Shown: positions 1 through 6,779 of the stretch, in pieces
How the letters are laid out: each line of letters opens with the position of its first letter
How positions within the stretch are numbered: position 1 is the first letter of the stretch
Assembly (NCBI GenBank): GCA_004524535.1
Contig: SDNY01000121.1
Span: 1-10,842, forward strand
From: Promethearchaeota archaeon
GTDB taxonomy: Archaea > Asgardarchaeota > Lokiarchaeia > Sigyniarchaeales > SOKP01
Reading direction: 5' to 3'
Length of the DNA: 10,842 nt
Program-made: the position numbers and the translations under genes
The notes under the pieces: generated by a model
The model's database searches: none
What the model saw: the letters and a program-made list of their open reading frames with translations, nothing else
What the model was told of the DNA's origin: nothing

Positions 1-97
1 CAAATTGTTCCAGAAACTCCTTTCCATCTTTAATAATATCAATGGTTATTTGATCGCGAGTATTTATTTCCGGTTCTTGATAGATCAGTTCCAACAT
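1..97 (-). CDS. Possible 5' end of a hypothetical protein, truncated by the window edge (MLELIYQEPEINTRDQITIDIIKDGKEFLEQF...)
   Basis: Manual translation gives a minus-strand frame open from the ATG at 97 to the window edge, with protein-like composition. It is divergent from the RHH gene. The frame also stays open for about 20 codons upstream of the ATG, so the start is uncertain. Confidence 0.4.
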   Translation of the reverse strand, partial: MLELIYQEPEINTRDQITIDIIKDGKEFLEQF

Positions 98-205
98 TTC
101 ACACACATAACCTATATTTGGAGGAATTTTTAATTTAATTTTGAAGATAATTCTTCAATAATATTGTGATACTTCTTATATATTATTAATAGGACATAAC
201 TTATA

Positions 206-284
206 TTTAAATGTTGCACTTTTGATGCACTTTAATTGCATTAATGCAAACATTTAAAAGCAAAAAAGATCATTTTAAGATCAT
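206..284. promoter_or_regulatory. Putative divergent promoter/operator region with phased TGCA boxes
   Basis: TGCA occurs at 215, 226, 237 and 245. There is a perfect palindrome TTGCATTAATGCAA (236-249) and an outer imperfect inverted repeat TTTAAATGTTGCA (206-218) / TGCAAACATTTAAA (245-258), each arm carrying a TTTAAA TATA-like box. AAGATCAT is repeated at 266 and 277. Confidence 0.5.
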
Positions 285-310
285 AAGAATTTCGGTTTTT
301 TCCCTTAAAA

Positions 311-760
311 ATGGTTGAAGAAGAGGAAACAAAGAAAAAGCGTATTACCGTAGGTTTGGATGAATTCGACTATACTGTAGTTTCAAAAATGGCGGCGAAT
401 AGGAAATTGTCTCTTTCAGAAGTAGTTCGGACAATTGTTCATCAATGGATCGAATTTAATACTGATTTATTGAAGAAAAATTATGGAATTCTCCTTAAAG
501 AAGTCACGGACGATATTTTAAGGGACAGTTATGATGTCTCGGTAGACAAAACCTTGAAGCCATTTGAAAAGGCAATAATCAAAGAATTACCTGACTTTTT
601 CGATTTAGTAGAAACTATTTCCATCAATGATTTAGCGGAACATTTTAAGGTTGATAATAAAGTAATTAAGGGGATTATATATACTCATAGTAAAGAAATA
701 AAAAAGCTTGGGTTAGATCTAGTTCTAAAAAATGATATAATATATAAGACATCAGGTTAA
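311..760 (+). CDS. Ribbon-helix-helix (CopG/MetJ-like) DNA-binding protein with a C-terminal HTH/wHTH-like region
   Basis: The N-terminus KKRITVGLDEFDYTVVSKMAANRKLSLSEVVRTIVHQWIE has the RHH pattern: alternating beta strand, helix, then the S-x-S-E-V-V-R helix. The C-terminal ISINDLAEHFKVDNKVIKGII is HTH-like. Confidence 0.7.
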   Translation: MVEEEETKKKRITVGLDEFDYTVVSKMAANRKLSLSEVVRTIVHQWIEFNTDLLKKNYGILLKEVTDDILRDSYDVSVDKTLKPFEKAIIKELPDFFDLVETISINDLAEHFKVDNKVIKGIIYTHSKEIKKLGLDLVLKNDIIYKTSG

Positions 761-866
761 AAATGTTTTTAGATGTATGTAAGATATCTTAAATCATTTC
801 AATAAGAAGAAAATTCAATTTCTTTAAAATCTAAAAAAGTGTAAATAAATATATTTATCAGATATC

Positions 867-872
867 TTTATA
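867..872 (+). promoter_or_regulatory. Candidate archaeal TATA box for the LRR gene
   Basis: TTTATA ends about 30 nt upstream of the ATG at 902, a spacing consistent with a leaderless or short-leader archaeal transcript. The AT-rich background lowers its significance. Confidence 0.35.
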
Positions 873-901
873 ATAATTGAGAATAAATTAGAGAAACCAT
901 T

Positions 902-1729
902 ATGCTGGAATATAAAATAGACGATTATATTACGCTTAGATTAGTAAATAAAAAGACAGTGATATATATAAAAGGTGAGCGTTTTATGCAGTGTAAATAT
1001 TTACTACTTATAAATCCTCATGAGCAGGAGAAACAAAGGGAAATTGATTCGATCGATGAAGCGGCGGATGAGTTGAGTTCAGAGTTAGAAAATGGGTTGA
1101 AGCCGATTGATTTAGGAATAACCCCCAAGCAGGAATTTTGGGGCCATTGTTCGAATATTCAAGCGTGGGTTGAAAACAATTATGATACGCGGTTACTACA
1201 TCGAAGTCTATCATTTTTTTTATTAATGAAGATCGCAGAGAAAGGAGATGAGAGAGCGAAAATATTTTTTAAAGAGGAAATAGCTAAGCGATTGAGTTCT
1301 GGGAATAAAAATGTAATTAGTTTCTTAATAGAGGAATCTCTTATCTCTTATCTCGATCATGAAGAAATTATTCAATGTATTTTAATTCCAGAAGAAGTAG
1401 AAATAATTTTTGAATTAGAAAAATTATTAGGAATCGAATTGATCTGGACTTTTTGGAAGGCTAGAGAATCCACAGTCTATCACATAGAAGATAAACACGT
1501 GAAAGAAATTAATTTAAATAATCTTAAATTAAACAAATTTCCTGATATTTTAGGACAATTAATTTATCTGGAAAAAATAAATTTATCAAATAATAATATA
1601 AATTCAATTCCATTTTCAGCATTAAAAGATTTAAAATATTTAAAGGAGCTAAATTTAAGCAATAATCCAATATCAATTGCCGAAAAAAAAAAGAAAAAAG
1701 AACTTAGACCAGATTTAGATCTTATCTAG
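902..1729 (+). CDS. Leucine-rich repeat protein with a Lokiarchaeia-type conserved N-terminal domain
   Basis: Three C-terminal LxxLxLxxNx repeats (VKEINLNNLKL, LEKINLSNNNI, LKELNLSNNPI). The N-terminal motifs ITLRL..KTVIYI.GERF.QCKYLLL, IDSIDEAA and EFWGHCSNIQAWVENNYDTRLLH are ones I recall from the expanded Lokiarchaeal LRR family. Confidence 0.8.
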   Translation: MLEYKIDDYITLRLVNKKTVIYIKGERFMQCKYLLLINPHEQEKQREIDSIDEAADELSSELENGLKPIDLGITPKQEFWGHCSNIQAWVENNYDTRLLHRSLSFFLLMKIAEKGDERAKIFFKEEIAKRLSSGNKNVISFLIEESLISYLDHEEIIQCILIPEEVEIIFELEKLLGIELIWTFWKARESTVYHIEDKHVKEINLNNLKLNKFPDILGQLIYLEKINLSNNNINSIPFSALKDLKYLKELNLSNNPISIAEKKKKKELRPDLDLI

Positions 1730-2266
1730 GTTAACCACCCAATCATCTCTTATTTCAAGTCTTACACCTTTAGAAATTAAATAATATTTGAATTGGTGTA
1801 AAATTAATAATAAGTCCCAAGACTGTGGTTCTAAATCGAAATCAGAAGCTAATACATGTAATAACATATCTATGTGTATCATGCTAAAACGTTTAGAGAT
1901 GATAATTATTTTATCAAGAATATTTTGAGTGTTAGGATGAAGTTCGTGGTAATCTTCATTAATGATAACTCCCTCTTCAACCCTCCAATGTAAGTTATAA
2001 TAGTCAATAAAATTAAGAATTGTACGGGAATTAACTGTAAATGGAATATCTTTTAGATATTGATTGAAATCTGTTAAGAAAATATCTATTTCAATGGAGG
2101 AGATTGCATAAAAGGCATCCATAATTCTTTCTAAGCTAAGACTTTCGTCAAATCTTGAAAGTTCTGAGTTATATATTTCTTTTAACTCAATGCGTCTATC
2201 AAAATAATATTTATAACTCTGTCTAGAGAATCTATAATTTTTAAAAAGAAATTCTAATGTATTCAT
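1715..2266 (-). CDS. Hypothetical protein, possible C-terminal winged-helix-like domain
   Basis: A 183-aa ORF in AT-rich DNA is unlikely by chance. It has a 15-nt convergent overlap with the LRR gene and a minus-strand TATAAA at 2288-2293, 22-27 nt upstream of the ATG. Confidence 0.65.
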   Translation of the reverse strand: MNTLEFLFKNYRFSRQSYKYYFDRRIELKEIYNSELSRFDESLSLERIMDAFYAISSIEIDIFLTDFNQYLKDIPFTVNSRTILNFIDYYNLHWRVEEGVIINEDYHELHPNTQNILDKIIIISKRFSMIHIDMLLHVLASDFDLEPQSWDLLLILHQFKYYLISKGVRLEIRDDWVVNLDKI

Positions 2267-2284
2267 TGGTGGTCTAGAAAACAG

Positions 2285-2442
2285 AACTTTATATTCCCTT
2301 TCTACTTGAGCAACTTTATAATGGAGAATTCTGTATATTCCCTTTCTACTTGAGCAACTTTATAATTCTGTATATTCCCTTTCTACTTGAGAAAGGTCAT
2401 ATAGAATTCTCACAATTAACTAAAAGGATCTCATATAGAATT
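2285..2442. repeat. Mosaic direct repeats: 21-bp core x3 plus shared flanks
   Basis: TATATTCCCTTTCTACTTGAG is exact at 2290, 2334 and 2371. Copies 1 and 2 extend with CAACTTTATAAT (33 bp identical). Copies 2 and 3 are preceded by AATTCTG. TCATATAGAATT occurs at 2397 and 2431. Confidence 0.95.
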
Positions 2443-2632
2443 AGAGAATAGACATAGTGGTAGTAAAGGTAATGAGTGGTTTGAACTAAGACGATGTGCT
2501 TATTATAATGAATTTGAAAATCCTAAGATCGTATATATTTATACAGCAAAAAATCATTATTTTGCTTTCGATACTGATAGTACAGCAAAAAATCATTATA
2601 CAGCAAAAAATCATCAAAGAAAGAGAATTTAA
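2420..2632 (+). pseudogene. Remnant of a type IIG / Eco57I-like restriction-modification protein (TaqI-like C-terminal specificity region)
   Basis: A start-less open frame translates to LKGSHIELENRHSGSKGNEWFELRRCAYYNEFENPKIVYIYTAKNHYFAFDTDSTAKNHYTAKNHQRKRI*. This matches the recalled L..R...G..W[FWY]ELR.C.YY.EFE.PKI[VI]Y........FA.D signature of that family. There is no ATG and the fragment is broken by duplications. Confidence 0.7.
2542..2614 (+). repeat. Direct repeat TACAGCAAAAAATCAT(TAT) x3
   Basis: Copies lie at 2542-2560, 2581-2599 and 2599-2614. The spacings of 39 and 18 nt are both multiples of 3, and each copy encodes TAKNH(Y). Confidence 0.95.
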
Positions 2633-2781
2633 TGAATAAAGAATCTATTCTTGGATATTTTTTCCTAAATTCAGAAGAGATTAAATTTACCAGTAAAGGT
2701 TATTGGCCCAAATTTAAAGAGATTTTGAGAAATTTTATTCAGTACAATGCATTATTTAATAATTGGTTAAAAAAAAATTAG
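2632..2781 (+). CDS. Possible 49-aa small ORF or further gene remnant (MNKESILGYFFLNSEEIKFTSKGYWPKFKEILRNFIQYNALFNNWLKKN)
   Basis: Its ATG overlaps the stop of the R-M remnant frame (TAATG). No motif recognised. Confidence 0.3.
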   Translation: MNKESILGYFFLNSEEIKFTSKGYWPKFKEILRNFIQYNALFNNWLKKN

Positions 2782-2882
2782 AAAGTATTAATTATTCAGG
2801 TTAATCTATTCGCATTTTATTTTATATGTTCTAACATTTATTATTGGTTTTATTTTCTTATTCAAAATTATATTTTTAAATT

Positions 2883-2909
2883 AAAAAAAAATTAATTATA
2901 TATATAAAA
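2883..2909 (+). promoter_or_regulatory. Candidate BRE/TATA promoter for the nuclease-NACHT gene
   Basis: An A-run is followed by TTATATATATAAAA (2896-2909), ending about 24 nt before the ATG at 2933. Confidence 0.45.
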
Positions 2910-2932
2910 CACTTGCATTTTGGTTTTTCTTA

Positions 2933-5900
2933 ATGGGCAAAATTTATAATAGATTTTCAAACCAAGAATATATTAATGAAGCAGATGTAGAAATTAATTT
3001 TGTTGAACCTCTTCTTAAAGAATTTTTGGGATATAGCACTTATAATATCCTACCGAAAAAAAGGTATAAGGTTAGGGATGGTTTTAATATAAAAGAAATT
3101 GTAATAAATCGAAATACTAAAATTCCTATCAATAGGCTAGGAGGAGAACCTGATTTTATTATAACTGATCGGAAGAATTACAAAAAACTATTCTTTAAAG
3201 ATACAATTGAGAAAAAAGAGGAGGAAAAAGCTTTTTTTTTAATTGAAGTTAAAGGCCCAAACGAAAATTTAGAAAATTTTATTGATCAGAAAAATGCATA
3301 TTGTAATTTAGCTAAAACAAATCTTATTGTAATGACAGACGGATCTAAATTTTTAGTTTATGATTTCAATGAATTATTATTAAAATGTAATAATATTGAA
3401 GAACTTGACACAAAATTTAATTTTCTTAGAATTTTAATACATAAAGATAATCAAAATATTTCCTTGGCGAATCGTATAGCTCTGTTAATGAGAGCAAATG
3501 AAAAATTTATCGATATCCCTCTAGGAATTTCTGATTTTTTTGAATATATTGAAATGTATTCTAAGGAAAAAAAATTTATTTATGTATTAAACGAAAAATT
3601 TGAAAAGATTAATGATTATCGTCTTTTTAATTTTATTTCTTCTCAAAATAAAAGAATTGATTATCAAGACATAATTTCTCAAATTAGACATAAATCAATT
3701 TTATCATCAATGAAATTACAAATTTATAATCAAAATCATAAATCTCTGGAAAAAAATAAAATTATAATAATAAAAGGAGAAAGTGGCGTTGGAAAAACTG
3801 AATTCCTTAATCATCTTCGATACTACTTTTTTAATTTAATTAAAGATAAAAAAAGTAATGTGATACCTCTTATATTAAAATTGAAATATTGGAGTGAAAT
3901 AAATGATATTTTTCAAATAATATGTAGAGAATTAGACATAACTATACTTGATAAAGGGGATATTAAAAAATATCTTAAAGAAGGACAGTTTTTAATCCTA
4001 TTGGATGCTTACGATGAAATTTCCTTAGAGAATCAGAAGAAATTTCAAAGAAATTTCGAATACTTCAGAATTAAATATCCTCAAAGTTTGATTTTGATAA
4101 CAACAAAGACAGATGATTTATTCTTTAATTGGGATGAAAATATATTCACTCTTGTTTTAATGAAACCTCCAAAAATTGAAGATTTAGATTATTACATAAG
4201 AAAAAACTTAAATTATAATCATATAAAATTCATTTCTGAAATCAAAAACAAAAATTTAGATGAAATTTTTGAAAATCCTTTATTTTTGAATTATTTAATA
4301 ATATATGTTAATAACTATGGTAATTTTCCCGAATCAAAAATAGAGATAATTGAAAAATTGATTTCTTTTTATTTTGAAAAGTATATCATCGAAATAAAAT
4401 CATTAAGACTATTTGATATTAATATAATTAAAAAAATCCTTAGTTATATTGCATTTAAAATGAGATTTGAATTGAAAACTGAAAAATTACCTAAAAAAGA
4501 ATATTGGAAAATTTTAACTTCAATATTGCAGGAGTTAAAAAATAGTTTTGATATTACTGATGAAAGCATAACAAGTAATTTGATTGATGATTTCTTATTA
4601 AAATATAATTTTTTAGTCTTTGAAAATCAAATATACAGTTTTTGGCATCCAATTCTTTTAGATTTTTTCTGTACTATTGAATTTATCGAGCAAATCCAGA
4701 ATAAAAGATTAAATGATTCTTATCAAGAGTTATTTGAAGATTTTGGACTGAAAGAAGTTGTTATTCTTAGTTTTCCGTTAATTAAAAATCCCGAATATAT
4801 AACTCAATTAAAAAAAAATAATATTTTCTTATATTGCGAATCTTTAATGGAACAAAAAGTATTATTGGAAAGTGAAAAAGAGTTTATATCTAACATATTA
4901 AATGATAGACTATCGTCTGAATATAGATATATTAGAGATATAACAAGAAAACTGTTTGAGAGATTTTTTAAGTTTATGGAAAAACCTGAATATTTTTTAA
5001 TAGAACTTATTAAAAGTAAGAATGAACCTGATTTAGTAAAATGGGCTTTATTAGAACTTGGGAAATATAATAACGATGAAGTTTACGAGTTTCTATTAAC
5101 TTTTAAAGAATCAGATTTAGATGTAAATGAAGATTTACTGGGAAAACCACTTTATGGATACTATCTTTTAACATTATCTAATTTTGATGATAAAGAAATT
5201 CAATTTAAAATAATCAAGGAGATTGAGAAGGAATGGCGCGACGTATCATATTTAGAAATGATTGGTATGGCTCTCTATAATATTACTAGAAGAGGAAAAT
5301 TTAATTCAGAATCATTTAAAGAGATAATGAGAATATTTAAAAAACCAAAGAACATTCATCCAGCAATGGGAATTGAAACTCTTATAAGTTACATTAGATC
5401 AAAAGCTTTAGAAATGACAATTATTGAATATAATGATAGGGAGATTATTCCGCAACTCTGCAAGATTTTAGATGAAGAACCTAATCTAATGTTGGATATT
5501 GAAATTGTGAAAATATTGGCTAAAATTGTTAATGAAATAGATATTCAAATTATAATATCTTGTATTAAGGATGAAAATTATTCAATTGAATACAGATATT
5601 CATTAGCTCAAATTCTATCACAGACAGATTTAGAGATTGATTTCTATTCTTTATTTGAAGTGTTAGAATATATAAAAGCTCAGAATTTTTTTATAGAGCT
5701 TGACGAGTTAGATAAATATAAAGGAAATTTCGAAAATTTTAATCACGATCATCCTGAAAATAAATATCGTTTAATTTTTTGCGAAGTTTTAGATTGTTTT
5801 CTAAAAATTGGAAAAATAATTAATTATAATGTACCCCAATTAATAGAGTTCTTAAAAGAATATCTTATTTACCCTGATAAAAGTATTCAAGAAAGAATTA

Positions 5901-6673
5901 TCAAGCTAATAGGTAAATATAATCCAAAACTGTTAATAAACAATATTTCTCTTTTTTTTGGTAGAACGAGTGTTTTAGAATATATAAGAAACATAATAAT
6001 CTTAGATAAGAAAAAAGCGTTATTAACTTGCAAGACCACTATGGAGGATTATTTAGAAGAAAAATCAGAATTTGTCAACTATTTTGTTTTTATAGGTATT
6101 ATTGAAATACTACTAGATTTTGAATATGAGAGGATTGCTCGTGAATATTTTGATAAGTTTCTACAATCAGATATTAATTATAATGAATATAATTTGTTTA
6201 CTTTAAGTTTCATTTCAAAGTTTTCAGATGATTACAAATTAATAATTTTAGAACATTTTTACAATAAATATATAGAATTAGAAATAGATGAATTTAATAG
6301 AATGGATTCATTATTATCAGAATTTTCCCCTATTAGAAATGTAAGATATATCAATTTATGTCTCAATCTTTTAGAAAAAATTCAGGATGAATTATTCAGA
6401 TATGGAATTTTGCATAATTTAATTTTATTAGAGTCTGAAAGTGTTGAAGAAAAGATTTTAGATATTTTTAAAAAAGACATATCAGAAGGTAAAAAAATAT
6501 ATGGTTCTCTTAACATTTTAGCTTTCATTGGAACGCAACTATCTGTAGATTTTTTAGAACAGTTTCTTGATAATCCAGATGACATTTTGAAGCAAAAGGC
6601 ATTCTATTGTATAAGACGAATAAAAGAACGTCAGAATATTAATTGGTACAATGGAGAAGAACAATTCATGTAA
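2933..6673 (+). CDS. NLR-like STAND protein: HsdR_N-like PD-(D/E)xK endonuclease + NACHT NTPase + HEAT/ARM-repeat C-terminus (probable antiviral defence)
   Basis: The N-terminus NEADVEINFVEPLLKEFLGY...PD(73-74)FII...IEVK(E105,K107)...QKNAY...VMTDG fits the type I restriction R-subunit N-terminal nuclease pattern. NACHT motifs are Walker A GESGVGKT (3776-3799), Walker B FLILLDAYDE (3989-4018), ILITTK, NPLFL and winged-helix FWHPILLDFF (from 4640). HEAT-like units include LVKWALLELGKY, YPDKSIQERIIKLIGK and SVDFLEQFLDNPDDILKQKAFYCIRRI. Confidence 0.88.
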   Translation: MGKIYNRFSNQEYINEADVEINFVEPLLKEFLGYSTYNILPKKRYKVRDGFNIKEIVINRNTKIPINRLGGEPDFIITDRKNYKKLFFKDTIEKKEEEKAFFLIEVKGPNENLENFIDQKNAYCNLAKTNLIVMTDGSKFLVYDFNELLLKCNNIEELDTKFNFLRILIHKDNQNISLANRIALLMRANEKFIDIPLGISDFFEYIEMYSKEKKFIYVLNEKFEKINDYRLFNFISSQNKRIDYQDIISQIRHKSILSSMKLQIYNQNHKSLEKNKIIIIKGESGVGKTEFLNHLRYYFFNLIKDKKSNVIPLILKLKYWSEINDIFQIICRELDITILDKGDIKKYLKEGQFLILLDAYDEISLENQKKFQRNFEYFRIKYPQSLILITTKTDDLFFNWDENIFTLVLMKPPKIEDLDYYIRKNLNYNHIKFISEIKNKNLDEIFENPLFLNYLIIYVNNYGNFPESKIEIIEKLISFYFEKYIIEIKSLRLFDINIIKKILSYIAFKMRFELKTEKLPKKEYWKILTSILQELKNSFDITDESITSNLIDDFLLKYNFLVFENQIYSFWHPILLDFFCTIEFIEQIQNKRLNDSYQELFEDFGLKEVVILSFPLIKNPEYITQLKKNNIFLYCESLMEQKVLLESEKEFISNILNDRLSSEYRYIRDITRKLFERFFKFMEKPEYFLIELIKSKNEPDLVKWALLELGKYNNDEVYEFLLTFKESDLDVNEDLLGKPLYGYYLLTLSNFDDKEIQFKIIKEIEKEWRDVSYLEMIGMALYNITRRGKFNSESFKEIMRIFKKPKNIHPAMGIETLISYIRSKALEMTIIEYNDREIIPQLCKILDEEPNLMLDIEIVKILAKIVNEIDIQIIISCIKDENYSIEYRYSLAQILSQTDLEIDFYSLFEVLEYIKAQNFFIELDELDKYKGNFENFNHDHPENKYRLIFCEVLDCFLKIGKIINYNVPQLIEFLKEYLIYPDKSIQERIIKLIGKYNPKLLINNISLFFGRTSVLEYIRNIIILDKKKALLTCKTTMEDYLEEKSEFVNYFVFIGIIEILLDFEYERIAREYFDKFLQSDINYNEYNLFTLSFISKFSDDYKLIILEHFYNKYIELEIDEFNRMDSLLSEFSPIRNVRYINLCLNLLEKIQDELFRYGILHNLILLESESVEEKILDIFKKDISEGKKIYGSLNILAFIGTQLSVDFLEQFLDNPDDILKQKAFYCIRRIKERQNINWYNGEEQFM

Positions 6674-6753
6674 AGAAGACTTATGAATGAACAGATTAAT
6701 TCTAAAATGAATATAATCAAAAATTAAATAAATTTCAAAATTTAAATGGGATA

Positions 6754-6776
6754 AAAATCATAATTATAATGATTTT
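6754..6776. promoter_or_regulatory. Inverted repeat, possible operator, directly before the wHTH-PRTase gene
   Basis: AAAATCAT-N7-ATGATTTT lies between a TTTAAA box (6741-6746) and the ATG at 6780. Confidence 0.35.
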
Positions 6777-6779
6777 AAT

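Noticed and set aside
766-867. AT-rich palindromes and inverted repeats (AAGATATCTT, ATAAATATATTTAT, TTTTTAGAT/ATCTAAAAA) as a MITE or terminator
   Set aside because: They are short and almost all A/T, as expected by chance at this base composition. No target-site duplication was seen.
1008-1214. 68-aa minus-strand ORF
   Set aside because: It lies wholly antisense to the conserved domain of the LRR gene and has no motif, so it is a shadow ORF.
2290-2391. CRISPR mini-array
   Set aside because: The intervening sequences are only 16-23 nt, unequal, and largely copies of one another rather than unique spacers. No cas genes are in the window.
1683-3240. Homopolymer tracts (A10 at 1683-1692, T9 at 3232-3240) as phase-variation switches
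   Set aside because: The frames are intact and such runs are common in DNA this AT-rich. There is no evidence without read-level data.
2933-3450. Genuine type I restriction subunit hsdR
   Set aside because: Only the nuclease head is present. It is followed by NACHT motifs rather than a DEAD-box translocase, and there is no hsdM or hsdS.
6382-6585. 67-aa minus-strand ORF
   Set aside because: Antisense shadow of the NACHT gene with no recognisable features.
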